64,000 nucleotides of DNA from the human T2T-CHM13v2.0 reference genome, Homo sapiens. Below are positions 41,280-55,616 of this stretch, piece by piece. The translations under genes were made by a program, and so were the position numbers. Every line of letters starts with the position of its first letter. Within the stretch, counting starts at the first letter, position 1. The DNA is taken from the NCBI RefSeq assembly GCF_009914755.1, contig NC_060940.1; one strand, given 5' to 3'. The notes under the pieces are model-generated. The model made no database searches and was not told the origin of the DNA. It worked only from the letters and a program-made list of their open reading frames with translations.

Positions 41280-43331
41280 ACTTCTTTGAAGTTTTAACCA
41301 TTATTTTCTTTCAGAAGAATCCCTCTGATACGAATACAATATGGGTGCCAGTTCTTCAAATGAATAGTGAAATAAGGTTGACCTGGTGACTATGTCCGTA
41401 TGTAACAATATCAGGAGGATTATTTAACTTAGAACTTTTTGAATAAGGCAAAAGGGTTATTTGATATGATGGCACCTGTATTCTGGAGTGATAACCTTTA
41501 TGTATTACTAAATAGTTCACTTAGGAGCTCTTATTTTTGCAGTATGTATACTGTGCAGTGGATTTCTGGTATAAATGTGTGCTTGTGTCTCTTTCAGGAC
41601 GTGGTAAGAACGCTTGAGCATATGTAACCAAGAGACTAGACTTTCTTTGGGTCTGAGCTGGGGTGTTCTGCTTATGCCTCTTATGCTTCTCTGTGCTGGG
41701 ATGGGGTGCAAATGTTTATATCAGAATCCTATTCTCGTTTTTGGAGAAATAAAGGTATCTACATCAGTAATGGGTTTAAACATTTTCCTTCAGAACTGAG
41801 TCTTTACCTTTGGTATTTCTGTGGAAGTTTTTTCCCTGAATGCACTCTGCAAATGTCTGCTGCTGTTGAGCTGTTGGCCTCTTGCCCTAGGTTTGGGTTC
41901 TCTCCCATGTCCTGCAGCTCCCTCTCTCCTGCTAAACCATGTGGTCCCAGTCCTTTGCCCAGCTCCCTCTTTCTACATCAGCTGTGTCATTGGTAGGGAT
42001 GGTAAGTCTCCCTCTGTTTTGCTTTAAAAACAACCTGATTGGGGATCAAGCTAAAAAAGTAATCCCTTCTCAGGGTAAAATCATGGCACACTCAATTGAA
42101 TTACACTCACTGGATGCTTCTTATTTTGTTCCCTCTTAACTACCTCACCTCCCTCCCCAATTCAAAACTTGCCAGTTCAGTGCCCTGTGATACTTGCTTT
42201 CACTTTAGGTTTACAGATTCCATACCCAAAAGGCCATTTTCCTTCTTGGGATGTTTTTTTCCCCCTCCCCCGGCTGTGACGACATCCTGACAGTAGTTTG
42301 TGGCAGGGGAAACCTGGCTGGAATTCTGAACTTCAACATGGATTTTATCTGCATTCCAAATTATATCCATCAATATTTGATACATTTTTGGTTGAAAAAA
42401 ATATAACTTCATGAAAAAAGTAAACAAAATTATCCAACGTTATTTAAAATGTCTATGAACAGCACGTGCTTTGAGAAAATAGGGCCACTGCAGGTCATTT
42501 CAGGTCTCATCATGGATGATCTGATGAAGGCATGTTGATATCAATAACTCCAAATTCATGTTTTTGCCTCTATCTATGTACACCAGACATCCAGGTCCCA
42601 CCTTGTAAAATTCTTCTTTCCCGCAGTGTCTGGGTTTTGCAAATGCCTGTTCACCTCCCTGCCCTTTGCAGGCACCACGTGGCATCTGTCTAGTTCTTCT
42701 GTTCCCGTCCTCCCCCTTTTGTCAAGGATCCTCAGAGTCATGGAGCCCATCGTGAAGACATCGTTGTTCATCCCCAGGGGGCTGCCTCGACCCTCTGTGA
42801 ACTGCTTGTCCTTGAAGCGAGAGGCAGGGCTGTGCTCTGTTCTGGGTGGAAGCCAGTCCCTTTCTTTAGTTCTCATTCCGCTTTGTGGCCCAAGCTGCAC
42901 AGCAGCCCCAGAGGCCTCTTGTCCAAGTCATGTCCAAGTCAGGCCAAGGGGCCCCTTGGGAAACAGGTGCCATGCCCTTACCCTTTTCCCCTTTTCCCTT
43001 CCTCTCCATTGTGCCCCTGAAAACAAGGTAACACAAAGCACCCCATTCAAACCCAACTAAAGCCCTCGTGCATGCCCACCCATGCAGACATGTGGCCAGG
43101 GAGATCAGCCGCTGTCCACTTCCATCAGTGGTCAAAATGAACTGCAGGCAGATCTTAGCAGCCCCCAAGCCCTGGGGCACTGGTGTGGGTTCTGGCTACA
43201 TTTGGCTCCTTACCTCCCAACTGAGGATTTCTGTTCATGTGAAACAGTAGAAGCAAGAAGATTTAATTATTGAGTCTGCATTTGGCCGTGCTCGTTGGGC
43301 TTCTTAAACACCCAGGAGCCACTTGCTGAGC

Positions 43332-43388
43332 AGAAGCCATCTCTTTCCGATGCATGGGAGAAGCCATCTCTTTCCGATGCATGGGAGA
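43332..43388. repeat. Perfect 27-bp tandem duplication
   Basis: agaagccatctctttccgatgcatggg x2. Confidence 0.97.
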
Positions 43389-44389
43389 GAGTGGTGGCAC
43401 CTGATGGGTTAAGGCACATGACGCCACCCCTTTCCAGCTTCCAGGTTTTCATTTTAACAAGGAGCCTTCTGTACATAATGCCTGGACTTAAAGGAATGAT
43501 GCTGATGGCCCGTTAGTGGGCTGGTGAGGAGATATTTTAGGATAGGTTCACCCTCCAGAAGCTCCCCAACCATATTGTGTGGAAGAAACCCTGCTAATTA
43601 TGCCCCTAGGAATCTACCAGGGAAACTTGCTTCCCCCATGCTCATGGAATAACATGGTGTGGGGGATTGTCAACAATCCCTTTCAGTATCTGTGCTGAGA
43701 CTTGGAACCTGAAAGGCTCTTTGCCTTCCAGCAGCCCACTACCTGGTGAAGGAGACAGACAAGCGCACAGAGAAGTATGGCAGCCTGCATCACCTCCGTG
43801 GAGCTCCTGGGCTCTGGAGGCAGAGGGGAGTTTCGATCCTACAGCGGATCCTTACTATGTGTGTGACGTTGTGCAAATCTACCTCTCCAGTCTCGGTATG
43901 CCCAGTTATAAGACAGGGAATAAAAAAGTCTTATAGAGCTGTGGTGAGAATGACTGAGCACTTGCCTGGCACATCTTCAGCACTCAGAAAATGTCACATT
44001 TAAATCATCATCGTCATTACATAAATTGTCAGGAGAGGGAAAACGAGGGAGCAATTAATTAAGAGAAAACTACAGAGAAGTTATGATGTTTGAACCACGT
44101 CTCAAGGGATGCATGGGATTTCACAGGATGGATGAGAAGGAGAGGGTGCTTTGCGGAGAGAGAGAACCGCAAGAGCAAAAGGCTGGGTAATAGGACCTTT
44201 ATATCACCCTACATCTGGGGCTCCCAGTTGGCTCTTGGATTTGTCATTTGCTTTTTCCTGTATGCACGTCTTGTCTTATCCCCTCCTGGGAATTTTCAGT
44301 GCAATACAGGAGAGTGGAGTGTGCTGTGGGAGTGGAGTGAGATGAAACAGCTTTGCTGTTTTCTAAGTCATGACCCTCGCTTGTGGAAG

Positions 44390-45010
44390 GATGTAACGGT
44401 TAAGAGCATGGCCTCTGGAGCTGAGCTGTCTCAGCCCAGTCCCAGCTCTGTAGTCAAGTGTCTCAGTCTTTGTGCTCTTCAGTGTTCCCATCTGCAAAGT
44501 GAGGATGATAACAGCACCTCCCTCAAGAGCTGGTGTGGGGCTTAAATAACTGACGTATATTCAGCATTCAGAATGGACCCTGGCTTGTGGTAAGTGCCCT
44601 GTAATTGTTCACTGATATCTGGCTTTTGCATTGGTCGCTCTGTCTGCCTGGAAACTTTTTTTTTTTGCTAACACACCTACTTGGCTTGTTCCTGACTTTA
44701 TCCAGGCCTTTCCTCAAGGGACGCCTTTTCAGCAAGACTTTATCTGGCTGCTCTATTGACAATCCCAATGTTGCTCATCCTCCTCCTGGCACCTGATATC
44801 TCCCCTTCCTGCTTCATGTTTCTTCATAATATTTCTTGTCATCTTATATACTATATGTTTTCCTTATTTATTATTGCATGTCTCTTCTAACCAGAATATG
44901 AGCTTCTTAGAGACAGGGATTTTTGCTTATACATTCAGTGCTGTATATGTGCATGTAGAAGTGTGTCTTACATACAGTCGTTGCTCAACAAATACTTGAA
45001 TGAATGCATG
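44390..45010 (+). mobile_element. MIR (about 44390-44600) followed by L2 3' end (about 44640-45010)
   Basis: gttcccatctgcaaagtgaggatgataacagcacctc; ctcaacaaatacttgaatgaatg. Confidence 0.7.
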
Positions 45011-45199
45011 AACTCAGCCTCCTTGAATCATACTTTGTTCTTCTTTGAAATGGAGCTATTAGCCTATGTCAGGTGGTGTACAAGATGCCTGTTTAGAAAT
45101 GACAAAGCACTAAATAAGCAGAAGAGATAATAATTATCATTGAAGGCAAGGATCATGTCATGTGTCTTCTTATTTCCACCATACACTTGGAAAATCACT

Positions 45200-45945
45200 A
45201 TTCCATCCACCTACCGACTCATCCTTCCACTCGTCTGTCCGTCTACCCACCCATCCACCCACCCATGCTCCCATCCCCCTATCAACACATCCACCCACCC
45301 ATCTACCCATCTACCCATCCACCCACCCTTTCACTCAATCATGCACTCTCCTACCCTTCCACCCACCCATCCATCCATTCATCCTCCCATCCACCCCTGC
45401 CCACCCGTCAACCCATCCATCCACACTTCCACCCACCCATTGGTCTATCCGCCCACCCTTCCACTTAATCATGCACTCACCCACCCTTCCACCCACCTGT
45501 CAGCCCATCCACCCACTCTTTCACTCAATAATGCACTCACCCACCCATTCATCCTCCCATCCACCCCCTCCCCCCCATCAACCCATCCTTCCACTCAATC
45601 ATGCACTCATTCACCCATCCACTCCCCACCAACCCATCGATCCATCTACCTGCCCATCCATCCATCCATCCATCCCCCCACCTACCCACCCATCAACCCA
45701 TCCACCCACCCTTCCACTCAATCACCCTCTGTACCACTCACTCACCCACTGTTCACCCACCCACCCTTCTGTCCATCCATCCACCCACCTATCCATCCAC
45801 CCATGTATCCATCCACCCATCCACCTGTCTTTCCACTCAATAATCTACTTTTCCACCCGCCCACTCACCCATGCATCCACTCATCTACCCACCCATCTGT
45901 TGAATCCCATCCATCCTGTTCCCCATGCATCCATCCATGCATCCA
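45200..45945. repeat. (CCAT/CCAC)n low-complexity array at an L2 tail
   Basis: Degenerate ccat/ccac tetramers ending in atccaacaaatgtttattga (antisense L2 end). Confidence 0.95.
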
Positions 45946-46009
45946 ACAAATGTTTATTGAATACATAGTGATTACTAGGCATTGGAATAACATTTATGAC
46001 TAATAGTAA

Positions 46010-46250
46010 TAGGTGAAAATTAACAAAAACTCACTACATACTACCTACTGTGTTAAGAATGTTGCATCAAATATTTTATTCAATTTTTAAGAGTCATATG
46101 AAGTAGGCACTATTATCACATCTCCACTTACAGATGAGGAAACAGGCATGGAGAGGGTAGCAGCTTGCCCAGGAATACATATCTAAGAAGTGGAGGAGCC
46201 TGGGTTCAAACCTAGGTTGGCTACCCCATCATACTTGCTCTTAACCCCCC
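46010..46250 (-). mobile_element. MIR
   Basis: cacttacagatgaggaaacaggcatggagagg...ttcaaacctagg. Confidence 0.7.
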
Positions 46251-46449
46251 ATTATTTCAACTCACCTGGAGTTCACAGCCCAACAGGAAAGACAGACATG
46301 GAACGTGAATTTATATAAATAGTAGGCTCTCAATTTATGTGTTTAGTAGATGTGTACTCTCTGAATGTTGGTTAATAATGAGGACCCCTTTTCTGGGAAA
46401 AGTTTCAGTTTGTGAAAATTCCTATACCTGATGCTGTATTGAAAACCTC

Positions 46450-47382
46450 ACTGCATTTTCTTTATGCATTAATTTGTCAGCAGACTCTTAGGTTGTTTCC
46501 ATATCTTCACTGTTGTGAATAGTGCTGCACCAAACTTGGGCATGCAGGCATCTCTCTGAGATCCTAATTTAGTTTCTTTTGGATATATACACAGAAGTAG
46601 GATTGCTGGATCATATGGTACTTCTGTTTTCAATTTTTTGAGAAACGTCCATCTTGTTTTCCAGAACAACTGTGTCATTTTACAATCCCATCCAAAATGT
46701 GCAGGGGCTCCAATTTCTCCACATGCTGGTCAGCCGTTGTTATCTGCAATGGAGTATTATTCCGCCTTAAAAAAGAAAGAAATCCCGACATATGCAACAA
46801 CATGGCTGAACCTGAAGGACATTATGCTAAGGGAAGTAAACCAATCACCGAAGTACAAATACCATATGAGTCCACTTCTAGGAGATATCTAAAATAGCCA
46901 GACTCATAGAAACAGAGTAGAATATTGATTGCCGGGGGAGTTTCTGTTCATGGGTACAAAGTTTCAGTTATGCAAGATGCATATGTTGTAAATGCTGTAC
47001 AACATTTTCCCATAGTTAACAACACCATGCACTTAAAAACTTGTCAAGATGGCTGGGTACGGTGGCTCAAGCCTGTAATCCCAGCACTTTGGGAGGGTGA
47101 GGCCAGCGGATTACTCAAGGTCAGGAGTTCGAGACCAGCCTGGCCAACATGGCGATCCTATCTCTACTAAAAATACAAAAAATTAGCCGGGCGTGGTGGC
47201 ATGCATCTGTAATCCCAGCTACTCAGGAGGCGGAGGCAGGAGAATCGCTTGAAACAGGGAGGCGGAGGTTTCAGTGAGCCTAGACCATGCCATTGCACTT
47301 CAGTCTGGGTGACAGAGCAAAACTGTGTCTGGGAAGAAAAAAAAAACTTGTCAAGAGAGTACATTTCATTTTACCTGTTCTT
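46450..47382 (+). mobile_element. 5'-inverted L1MA/MB element
   Basis: About 46452-46745 antisense and 46747-47382 sense; the two pieces are adjacent in the L1 consensus; flanked by aaaacctc. Confidence 0.8.
47051..47341 (+). mobile_element. AluS
   Basis: TSD aaaaacttgtcaaga (47035-47049 / 47342-47356). Confidence 0.96.
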
Positions 47383-48218
47383 AAAACCTCGTTGCCCCTG
47401 AATGATTTGGAAGCTGCTGCCATCCCTGCATTTGGCGGGGACCACAGGAGCCGGGCTGTGCTGGAGCTACCTTGGCCCACGCCCTGCTCTGAGCTGAGGC
47501 CCCAGGAAGCAGCCCTGCTGAGCAGTCTCTCTCCCTGGCCAGGAAACACATGCGCACCATCCACCGGCTCCCACTCTCCCTGTGCTCCTTCCCAGCACAA
47601 GGCATTTCTCACTCCTCTATAATTACCCAGGCTAATTAAATAAATTGATCTGCTGATGTACACTTCACAGTCATTTCTGTGGTGTAATTTGGCTTTAATA
47701 GAACTGGCGCTTGCGTGAGAGGAAATGAAAGCCTGGGGTAGAAGTGGGATCTTTTAATATTCAAGAAAAATAATTTTTTCAGGGGGTTTCGGTTCCCTGC
47801 ATGTGCATAATGTATGTGCTTGCTGTCAGGATTAACTGGGAAACAGCAGCTGTCTGGTAAGAAGGTTAGTGTGGGAGCCCCTTTGCCATGAGAAACTCAG
47901 ATGGACTCTGAAGTCTTGACAAGAAGCTCATGATTTTGGAGACAAATGGGGCATGAAGCATACTGTTGGCTGCCTGGTGGTCAGAAAGTGAATTGTTTGC
48001 TCTGTGGGGATGTTCTGGGAAACGGCTGTTGGCTCTGGTTGATAGACGGGGGTGTGTCAGGCTGACACACAGCAGGAATGGGAGGTGAGGTGTCCCTAGT
48101 CAGAGTGATGGTTAACAGTGTGGTTTTGGGTCCAGTACCATTTAGTTCCCGTGTCAGCCTTTGCTCTTTGTTGGATGTATGTGTCTTTCTGCAATTGGCT
48201 CCCACTTCTAGAGCCTCA

Positions 48219-48563
<345 letters not shown>

Positions 48564-49458
48564 GCATCTCGCAGGGTTGTGAAGAGGAATGCATGAGCCC
48601 AGCCAACTGCCTAATTGGTGAGAACTGTAGAAATGTTAGCTACTCTCAGTGTTTGTGCTGAAGGCAATCGTTCACCCACCCACGAATTATTAAGCAAAAG
48701 CCGTGAACCAGGTATTGCGCTGGTGGAAGCAGGTTGACCCCGGATAGGTCTAAGCCTTGTTAAGGATGTGTCTCCCATCTGATACCCTCATTTTGCCCAT
48801 GATGGGAGTCAGACTGTTGACTGTATTGATAATGCCATATTGATTTATTTAACTCGACTATGTGCCAGACACTGCCTGAAGCACTTTGCAGGAGTTGCTT
48901 CAATAAATAATATGTTTGTCATCTGTTAAGCGCTATGCCAGGGCTTTGACATACATGATAGAATTCCGTCTTCTAACTACTCTAGAAGGTAGATACATTC
49001 ACTGTACCCCCTTTAGAGTTAAGGAAAGTGAGGCTTGGAATAGTTAAGTGATTAGGGGCACATGGCTAGTGGGAGAGAAAGGCAGGATTTGAACTTCAGG
49101 CTGGCTCACTCCAGGTTTTTAACCATATCATTGAACTGATGCCTATTGATGGGTCTCAGGAGGAGGGTCACCTGGCCCCCAGGCATATATGAATGGCATA
49201 AGATTCAACTCAAGGTGTTATGAAGGTGACAAAAAATTTCATTGCAAATATTTAAGCCTTTCCTCTCTATGGAGACCGCATGCAATGTACTCAATGCCTG
49301 TGAGCTTAGGAATTGGTGAGAGCATTTAACTAGAGCGGTCAAGGGAGGAATTCAGGTTGGACCCTTGATATCGCTTAGCCCGAGAACTCCTTGTGAGTGA
49401 CCCTGGTTATCTGTCTCGGATGTTTGCTTGAAGCTTTAGGCTCTAAGTCTCCATTCTT

Positions 49459-49934
<476 letters not shown>

Positions 49935-50315
49935 TGAGCAGCTATATCCAACTTTAAAAAAGTTCACATACATTTAACCTATAACCCAGCAATTGCATTC
50001 CTAGGTATCTTTACTCTCAACTTTTTGTCTCAAATAATTTCAAACCTGCAGAAAAGTTGCGGACATCTACAATGAACACCCTATCTACCCTTCACCGGTT
50101 GTCAAACATTTTCTTTCGTTGGCTTTTTCTTGCACTCTCTGTCTCTTTATGCACACAGGCTCACATTTTATTGAACCCATTTGAGAGTCAGTAGCAGACA
50201 TTACATTTCACCCTGAACGTTTGATCACGTATGGCCTAAGATCAAACACATTCTCTTACATGACCAAAATGTAATGAGCACACTCAAGAAATTTAATGAT
50301 AATAAAATACTCTTC

Positions 50316-50606
50316 GGTGGTCACGGTGGCTCATACTTGTAATTCCAGCACTTTGGGAGGCCAAGGTGGGGGGATTGCTTGAGCCCAGGAGTTTAAAATC
50401 AGCCTGGGCAACATGGCAGAAACCTGTCCCTACAAAAAATATAAAAATTAGCCAGGCATGGTGGCATGCACCTGTAGTCCCAGCTAGTCAGAAGGCTGAG
50501 GCAAGAGGATTATCTGAGCCTGGGAGATTGAGGCTGCAGTCAGCTATGATTGTGCCACTGTGCTCCAGCCTGGGTGATGGAATGAGACCCTGTTTTAGAA
50601 ACAAAA
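50316..50606 (+). mobile_element. AluJ
   Basis: J-type ggattgcttgagcccagg. Confidence 0.92.
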
Positions 50607-50729
50607 ATATCCTTACTTGATACATACTTCGTAGTCAAATTCCCCAATTTTTCTGATACTATTCTTTATGGCTTAAAAAGAAATCCAGTGTTGAGAGATG
50701 AAACGTTGCATTTAGGTTTCACATTTTTA

Positions 50730-51124
<395 letters not shown>

Positions 51125-52009
51125 TTAAACAGTCCAGTTCAGATATTTGGTGGCATATCCCATTTGCAAATGCAGGATGGATTTATGTGAATGTCACAGC
51201 CTAGTAGATTCTGGTGAGGTCGTTTTGGCAGGAGGACTACATAAGTCCTCCTTGGTGCATCACATCAAGAGGTAGATGATGTCATTGGTGGTATTAAGGG
51301 AGACATATTTTAAAGTCACTTTGATGAGAAGAGTCACTTCCAGCTTGAAACCTAGGCTGAAAACTAATTTCCCATTGAGGAAAAAAAAAAAAACAAACCT
51401 CGCCATGCCCTGTGAGACACTGCCGAGTGCTCCCTTAGGACGTCTCGGGGGCTACTGTGCGCTTGCTCGCGTCCGGTCTCCTGTGGGGTCCACAAGATGC
51501 TGGGATACAGAGATCAACAAGACATGGCCTTTGCTCTCAGAGGGTCTTGCTGTATCTGGTGGGAGAAGCTTTGGAAACACATCAGCCTGGGGCGGTGTAG
51601 TAAATGTTGAAACCAAGCAGGATGAACGGAGGGGCCACTAGGTCAGCTGGGGAAGGCTGGGATGACTTACCAGAGGAGGAGACATTTGGAATACTTACAA
51701 TTCCTTCCCAGAAAGGCTGCTGGGAGGCCAGTCTCCACCCGGCCCCTTACCTGTGAGAGTTAGGATCCCCTCCTCCATCTGAGCTCAAGTCCTGGAACAT
51801 TTTCCCTGTCTCCTTGAGCCAGGCAGGTGCACTTGCGGGAGCTGTTCCTGTCGGCCTTGGCTGATGTCTCCTGAGCACTAGTGGGTGAGTCTCTCTGGTC
51901 TTTCTGTGTCTGTGTCTCTTTTTCTTGAAGAGAACTGTATTGGTTGGACCACTTTTTTTTCTCTATTCACTGTCTTTCAGTCTCTCCTTGTCGATCTGTA
52001 GTCTGACCC

Positions 52010-52230
52010 AATATTCCTGAAAGACAGACCGACTTGAATTACAACCCAGACTGTACCACTTATGGGCCATGTGACCTTAGGCAAGTCACTTGATCTTGCC
52101 AAGCCCCGGTTTTCTTGTGTGTAATGGAGTTATCATTGTGCCTTCCCCAACAGGGCTGCTTGGGGGTTAAATGAGGTGGTGCCCGCAATGTGGGGCCCAG
52201 CAGAGAAGGGGATCAATACATTCTGGCTAT
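52010..52230 (+). mobile_element. MIR
   Basis: catgtgaccttaggcaagtcacttgatc. Confidence 0.7.
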
Positions 52231-52667
52231 TAGGATTTTTCTCTTTAATCTTAAGCCGCTTTTCCAGGCCTTGTGCTCTGCACAGAGTGCTGTCTGCCCA
52301 GCTCCTTTATTCCAACCCTCTCTTTGTGTAGGGCAGCTCTTTTCTTTCTAGAGCATGCTGTCTTAAGTGTGGTCCTTCTGATAGGACAAACGTTCACGCA
52401 GCATTATTCATTTCGAAGGTACCAGGGCAGGCTGGAGGGAGTGGAGACACCACCTGCATCTCAGGGGAGTTTCTGAGACTCCTGATGGCAGCAGCCACTT
52501 GTCACCATGTGCCAGGCAGCTGTGGAGGGTGTTGGCTTGGTTCCAGTGGCCTTCTTGGAGAGGTCTTATCTGCTCAGCTAAGGGCGCCTGAGGGTGGTTA
52601 AGGGTCCCGTGGCTTGGTTTGTGATCAGCAGAGGTTGGAAGGGGTGAAGGGATGTGTATGTGTATAT

Positions 52668-52758
52668 GAGAGAGAGGGACAGAGATACAGAGAAGGGGAC
52701 AGACAGAGAAGAGAGAGAAAGAGAGAAATAAGAGAGAATAAAAGAGAGAGAGGGAGGG
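52668..52758. repeat. GA-rich low complexity
   Basis: Purine-rich gagaga tract. Confidence 0.85.
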
Positions 52759-53282
52759 ATTCAATACTAGGGTCGTCTTAGCTCAGAAGAGGTGTGTCCT
52801 TCTTGGCTTTGAGTATGTTGAATTTTGGAGAAATGGAGCTTCTGTGAGTTTCCCAAACTTGCATCATTCTGTGCGTTAGTTCAGGCCCCAGCAGGAAATG
52901 GCAGATGGCACACTTAGAGCAGGATAGTTCAAGGAAGGTTTCACAACTGAACGCAGGTGTGGCAGGACGCAGGGACTATGGGCCGGGAGAGATGAGGAAG
53001 GAGCAATTTGTGGATTCCTGGAGGACACGTGTATGTGCCGTCCCTCTGTCTGCATCGTGAAGCCTGAGGACAAGGAGACCTCTTGATGTAAGGTGTCAAG
53101 GTCAATGTCTGGGTCAGGAGGCACCTTTGCTGGCTCAAGGCCCGGGGCCTGAGGTCAGCTGAAGCTGGGTTTAAAAATGGAGACTGGTCAGCTTCAAAGA
53201 GAGGTTAATGAGATTTTATTTATAGACAGAGACTTCTTCCTTGATGTAATTAGGAAGACAGAAGGAGCTTTAGAAGGGGCCT

Positions 53283-54048
53283 CTAGTGGGTTGAGGAGCG
53301 TCTCCTCCAAAATAGGTCCAAGTCCTAACCCCTGGTAACTGTGAATGTGACCTTATTTGGAAATAGGGTCTTTACAGATATAATAAAGAGTCACAGGATG
53401 AGATGGTCCTGGATTTAGGGTAAGCCCTAATCCAACATCTAGTGTCCTTAAAAGAAGGAAAGAGGCTGGGTGCAATGCCTTATGCATGTAATCCCAGCCC
53501 TTTCGGAGGCCGAGGCAGGTGAATCGCCTGAGACTAGGAGTCTGAGACCAGCCTGGCCAACATGGCTAAACCCCGTATCTACAAAAAATACAAAAATTAG
53601 CTGGGCATGGTGGCCCGTGCCTGTAATCTCAGCTACTCAGGAGGCTGTGACATGAGAATTGCTTTAACCCGGGAGGCGGAGGTTGCAGTGAGCCAAGATC
53701 ACACCACTGCACTCCACCCTGGGTGACAGAGCGAAACTCATTCTCAAGTAAAAATAAAGGAAGACGTGAGGCATAGACAGGCACAGAGGGGAAGGCCGTG
53801 TGCAGGTGGATGCAGAGACTGGAGTGACGCATCTAACAGCCAAGGGGTGGCAAGGATTTTTGGCAGCCACCAGGAGCCAGGAGGGAGGCATGGAATGGAT
53901 GCTCCCTCAGAGCCTCCAGAAGGAATCATCCGTGATGACACCTTGATTTTGAACTTCTAGGCTACAGAACTGTGAGCCGATACATTTCTGTTGTTTTAAG
54001 TCACCGCATTTGTGGTAACTAGTAATGACAGCCCTAGGAAACTCTATA
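53283..54048 (+). mobile_element. MLT1C LTR split by Alu
   Basis: tgtgaatgtgaccttatttggaaatagggtcttt...gcctccagaaggaa...cagccctaggaaact. Confidence 0.88.
53464..53755 (+). mobile_element. AluS
   Basis: Full dimer. Confidence 0.93.
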
Positions 54049-54529
54049 GGGACTAAACTTTCTTCGTGACTCAATAATGTTTAATGCTATGCCCACATTT
54101 CCTTAAGGTCACCTTCTTCAAGTCGCCTTGAGGACCATTGGTTGCTTGTGCCCTGCCCTGTGCTTTGGGGGAAAGGATAGACTGGATTGTCAGTTTATTT
54201 CTAGGGCAAGATTTTATCTCTCTGTTGTGTCCCTAGCTTCTGGAATGGTGTCAGGCACAGGTTTACCATGAAAAATATACTTGTTAAATGAATGAGCGAA
54301 CACCAAATGGAAATTAATAGTATCAGTCAAAGTTATGATGGGAAATGGCAAACAGTGAGTACTATGAGGTTAATTCAAAGATTGTGGCCTAGAATGCCTT
54401 GGAAATCACTAGGCTTATTGAGGAGGAAATTAATTTATTTGACTGCTTTGATGTCTAGTTGACATCGTTGTTGTCATTGTCCTTATGTTGGTTGCCGATA
54501 GTAATACTATTGATAATGTTTATAATAGC

Positions 54530-54750
54530 AATGATAGCTAATAGTCACTGGGTGCTTGCTTTGTTACCTGGCATTAGGCTAATTGCTTACATACATTGTT
54601 TCGTTGAAGCCTCACAGGTACCCAGTGAAGTAGGTACTATTACTTATTTCCATCCAGTAGATAAGGAGATGGAGGCTTACAGAGTTTAAACTACTTGCCC
54701 GTGATGACACAGTTCAACAGCAGTAGAGTTAGGAGTGGTGCTGCTCTTAA
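54530..54750 (-). mobile_element. MIR
   Basis: gtgaagtaggtactatt...gataaggagatggaggcttacagag. Confidence 0.65.
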
Positions 54751-54799
54751 CTGGCAAAATGTGTAATCTCATGAGCATTTGTTGAGTGCACCTCTTGGG

Positions 54800-55460
54800 C
54801 TCACTGCTCGAGCCCTTCCCTGGGAACTGTACCTCTCACCCATTGCCACATGATGTAGCAGTGGGGTTGCCACAGCCATGTTTGTTCTACTGGGGCATTC
54901 TCCTTGGCCATAGCTGATTGGCTTATGGCTGAACCAGTCAGAGACCTGTAATCAAATATGGCCCAATTAGAGACCTCTCCCAGGAATATGGACTTGGAAC
55001 TGAGAAAAAGAACCACCTCTTGCTCTGGGGTGTAAATGCAGGTGCAGAGGATAGCCATGGTTTCTGCATTGTTCACAAGAGAACAGAACAACGCAGTCTA
55101 CAGGGAGAGAGGAGACTGAGTCCCACAGGGAAGAGCCACACAGAGAAGACTTCAGGATTCCCCACCAGAATGGATCTCAAAGGTTAATGTGCATAGGAAT
55201 CAGCTGGGATCTTGTGAAAATGTAGATTCAGATTCAGCAGGTCCAGGTAGGTTATGTGATTCTAAACTTGTAACAAACTCCCAGGTGATGCTGATGCTTC
55301 TGGCTCATGAACCACACCCCAGGCTCTGGTTTCAGCAGAGTCTTAAGGCCTGGCTGTGTCCCTGTCCTTGGAATCCGTCAGGAGAGGACACAACTGTTCT
55401 GTTAGTCAGAATCTCCCCCTTTGCTTAAGACATCACAGGGAATTTCTGTTTCTTACAACC
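54800..55460 (+). mobile_element. ERVL LTR (LTR16 class) with MER5-like insert (about 55170-55320)
   Basis: ttggccatagctgattgg; ctgggatcttgtgaaaatgtagattc...caaactcccaggtgatgctgatgc. Confidence 0.6.
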
Positions 55461-55616
55461 AATCTGTTGCTTATTTATCTGTGTGTAATTTTTTATGTGT
55501 TCCTTAAATGCTGTTTGAAATCCTCCATGGAATGAGATGAAATGTAAACCAGATAAAAATGACGATTAGGAATACTAATAGTGAGTTTGGAATACATTAA
55601 AAATTGCTGGGGGACT

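Noticed and set aside
45140-46003. Longest ORFs in the track (287 and 268 aa, P/H/T/S-rich)
   Set aside because: They are translations of the CCAT/CCAC low-complexity array, open in more than one frame because stop codons are scarce
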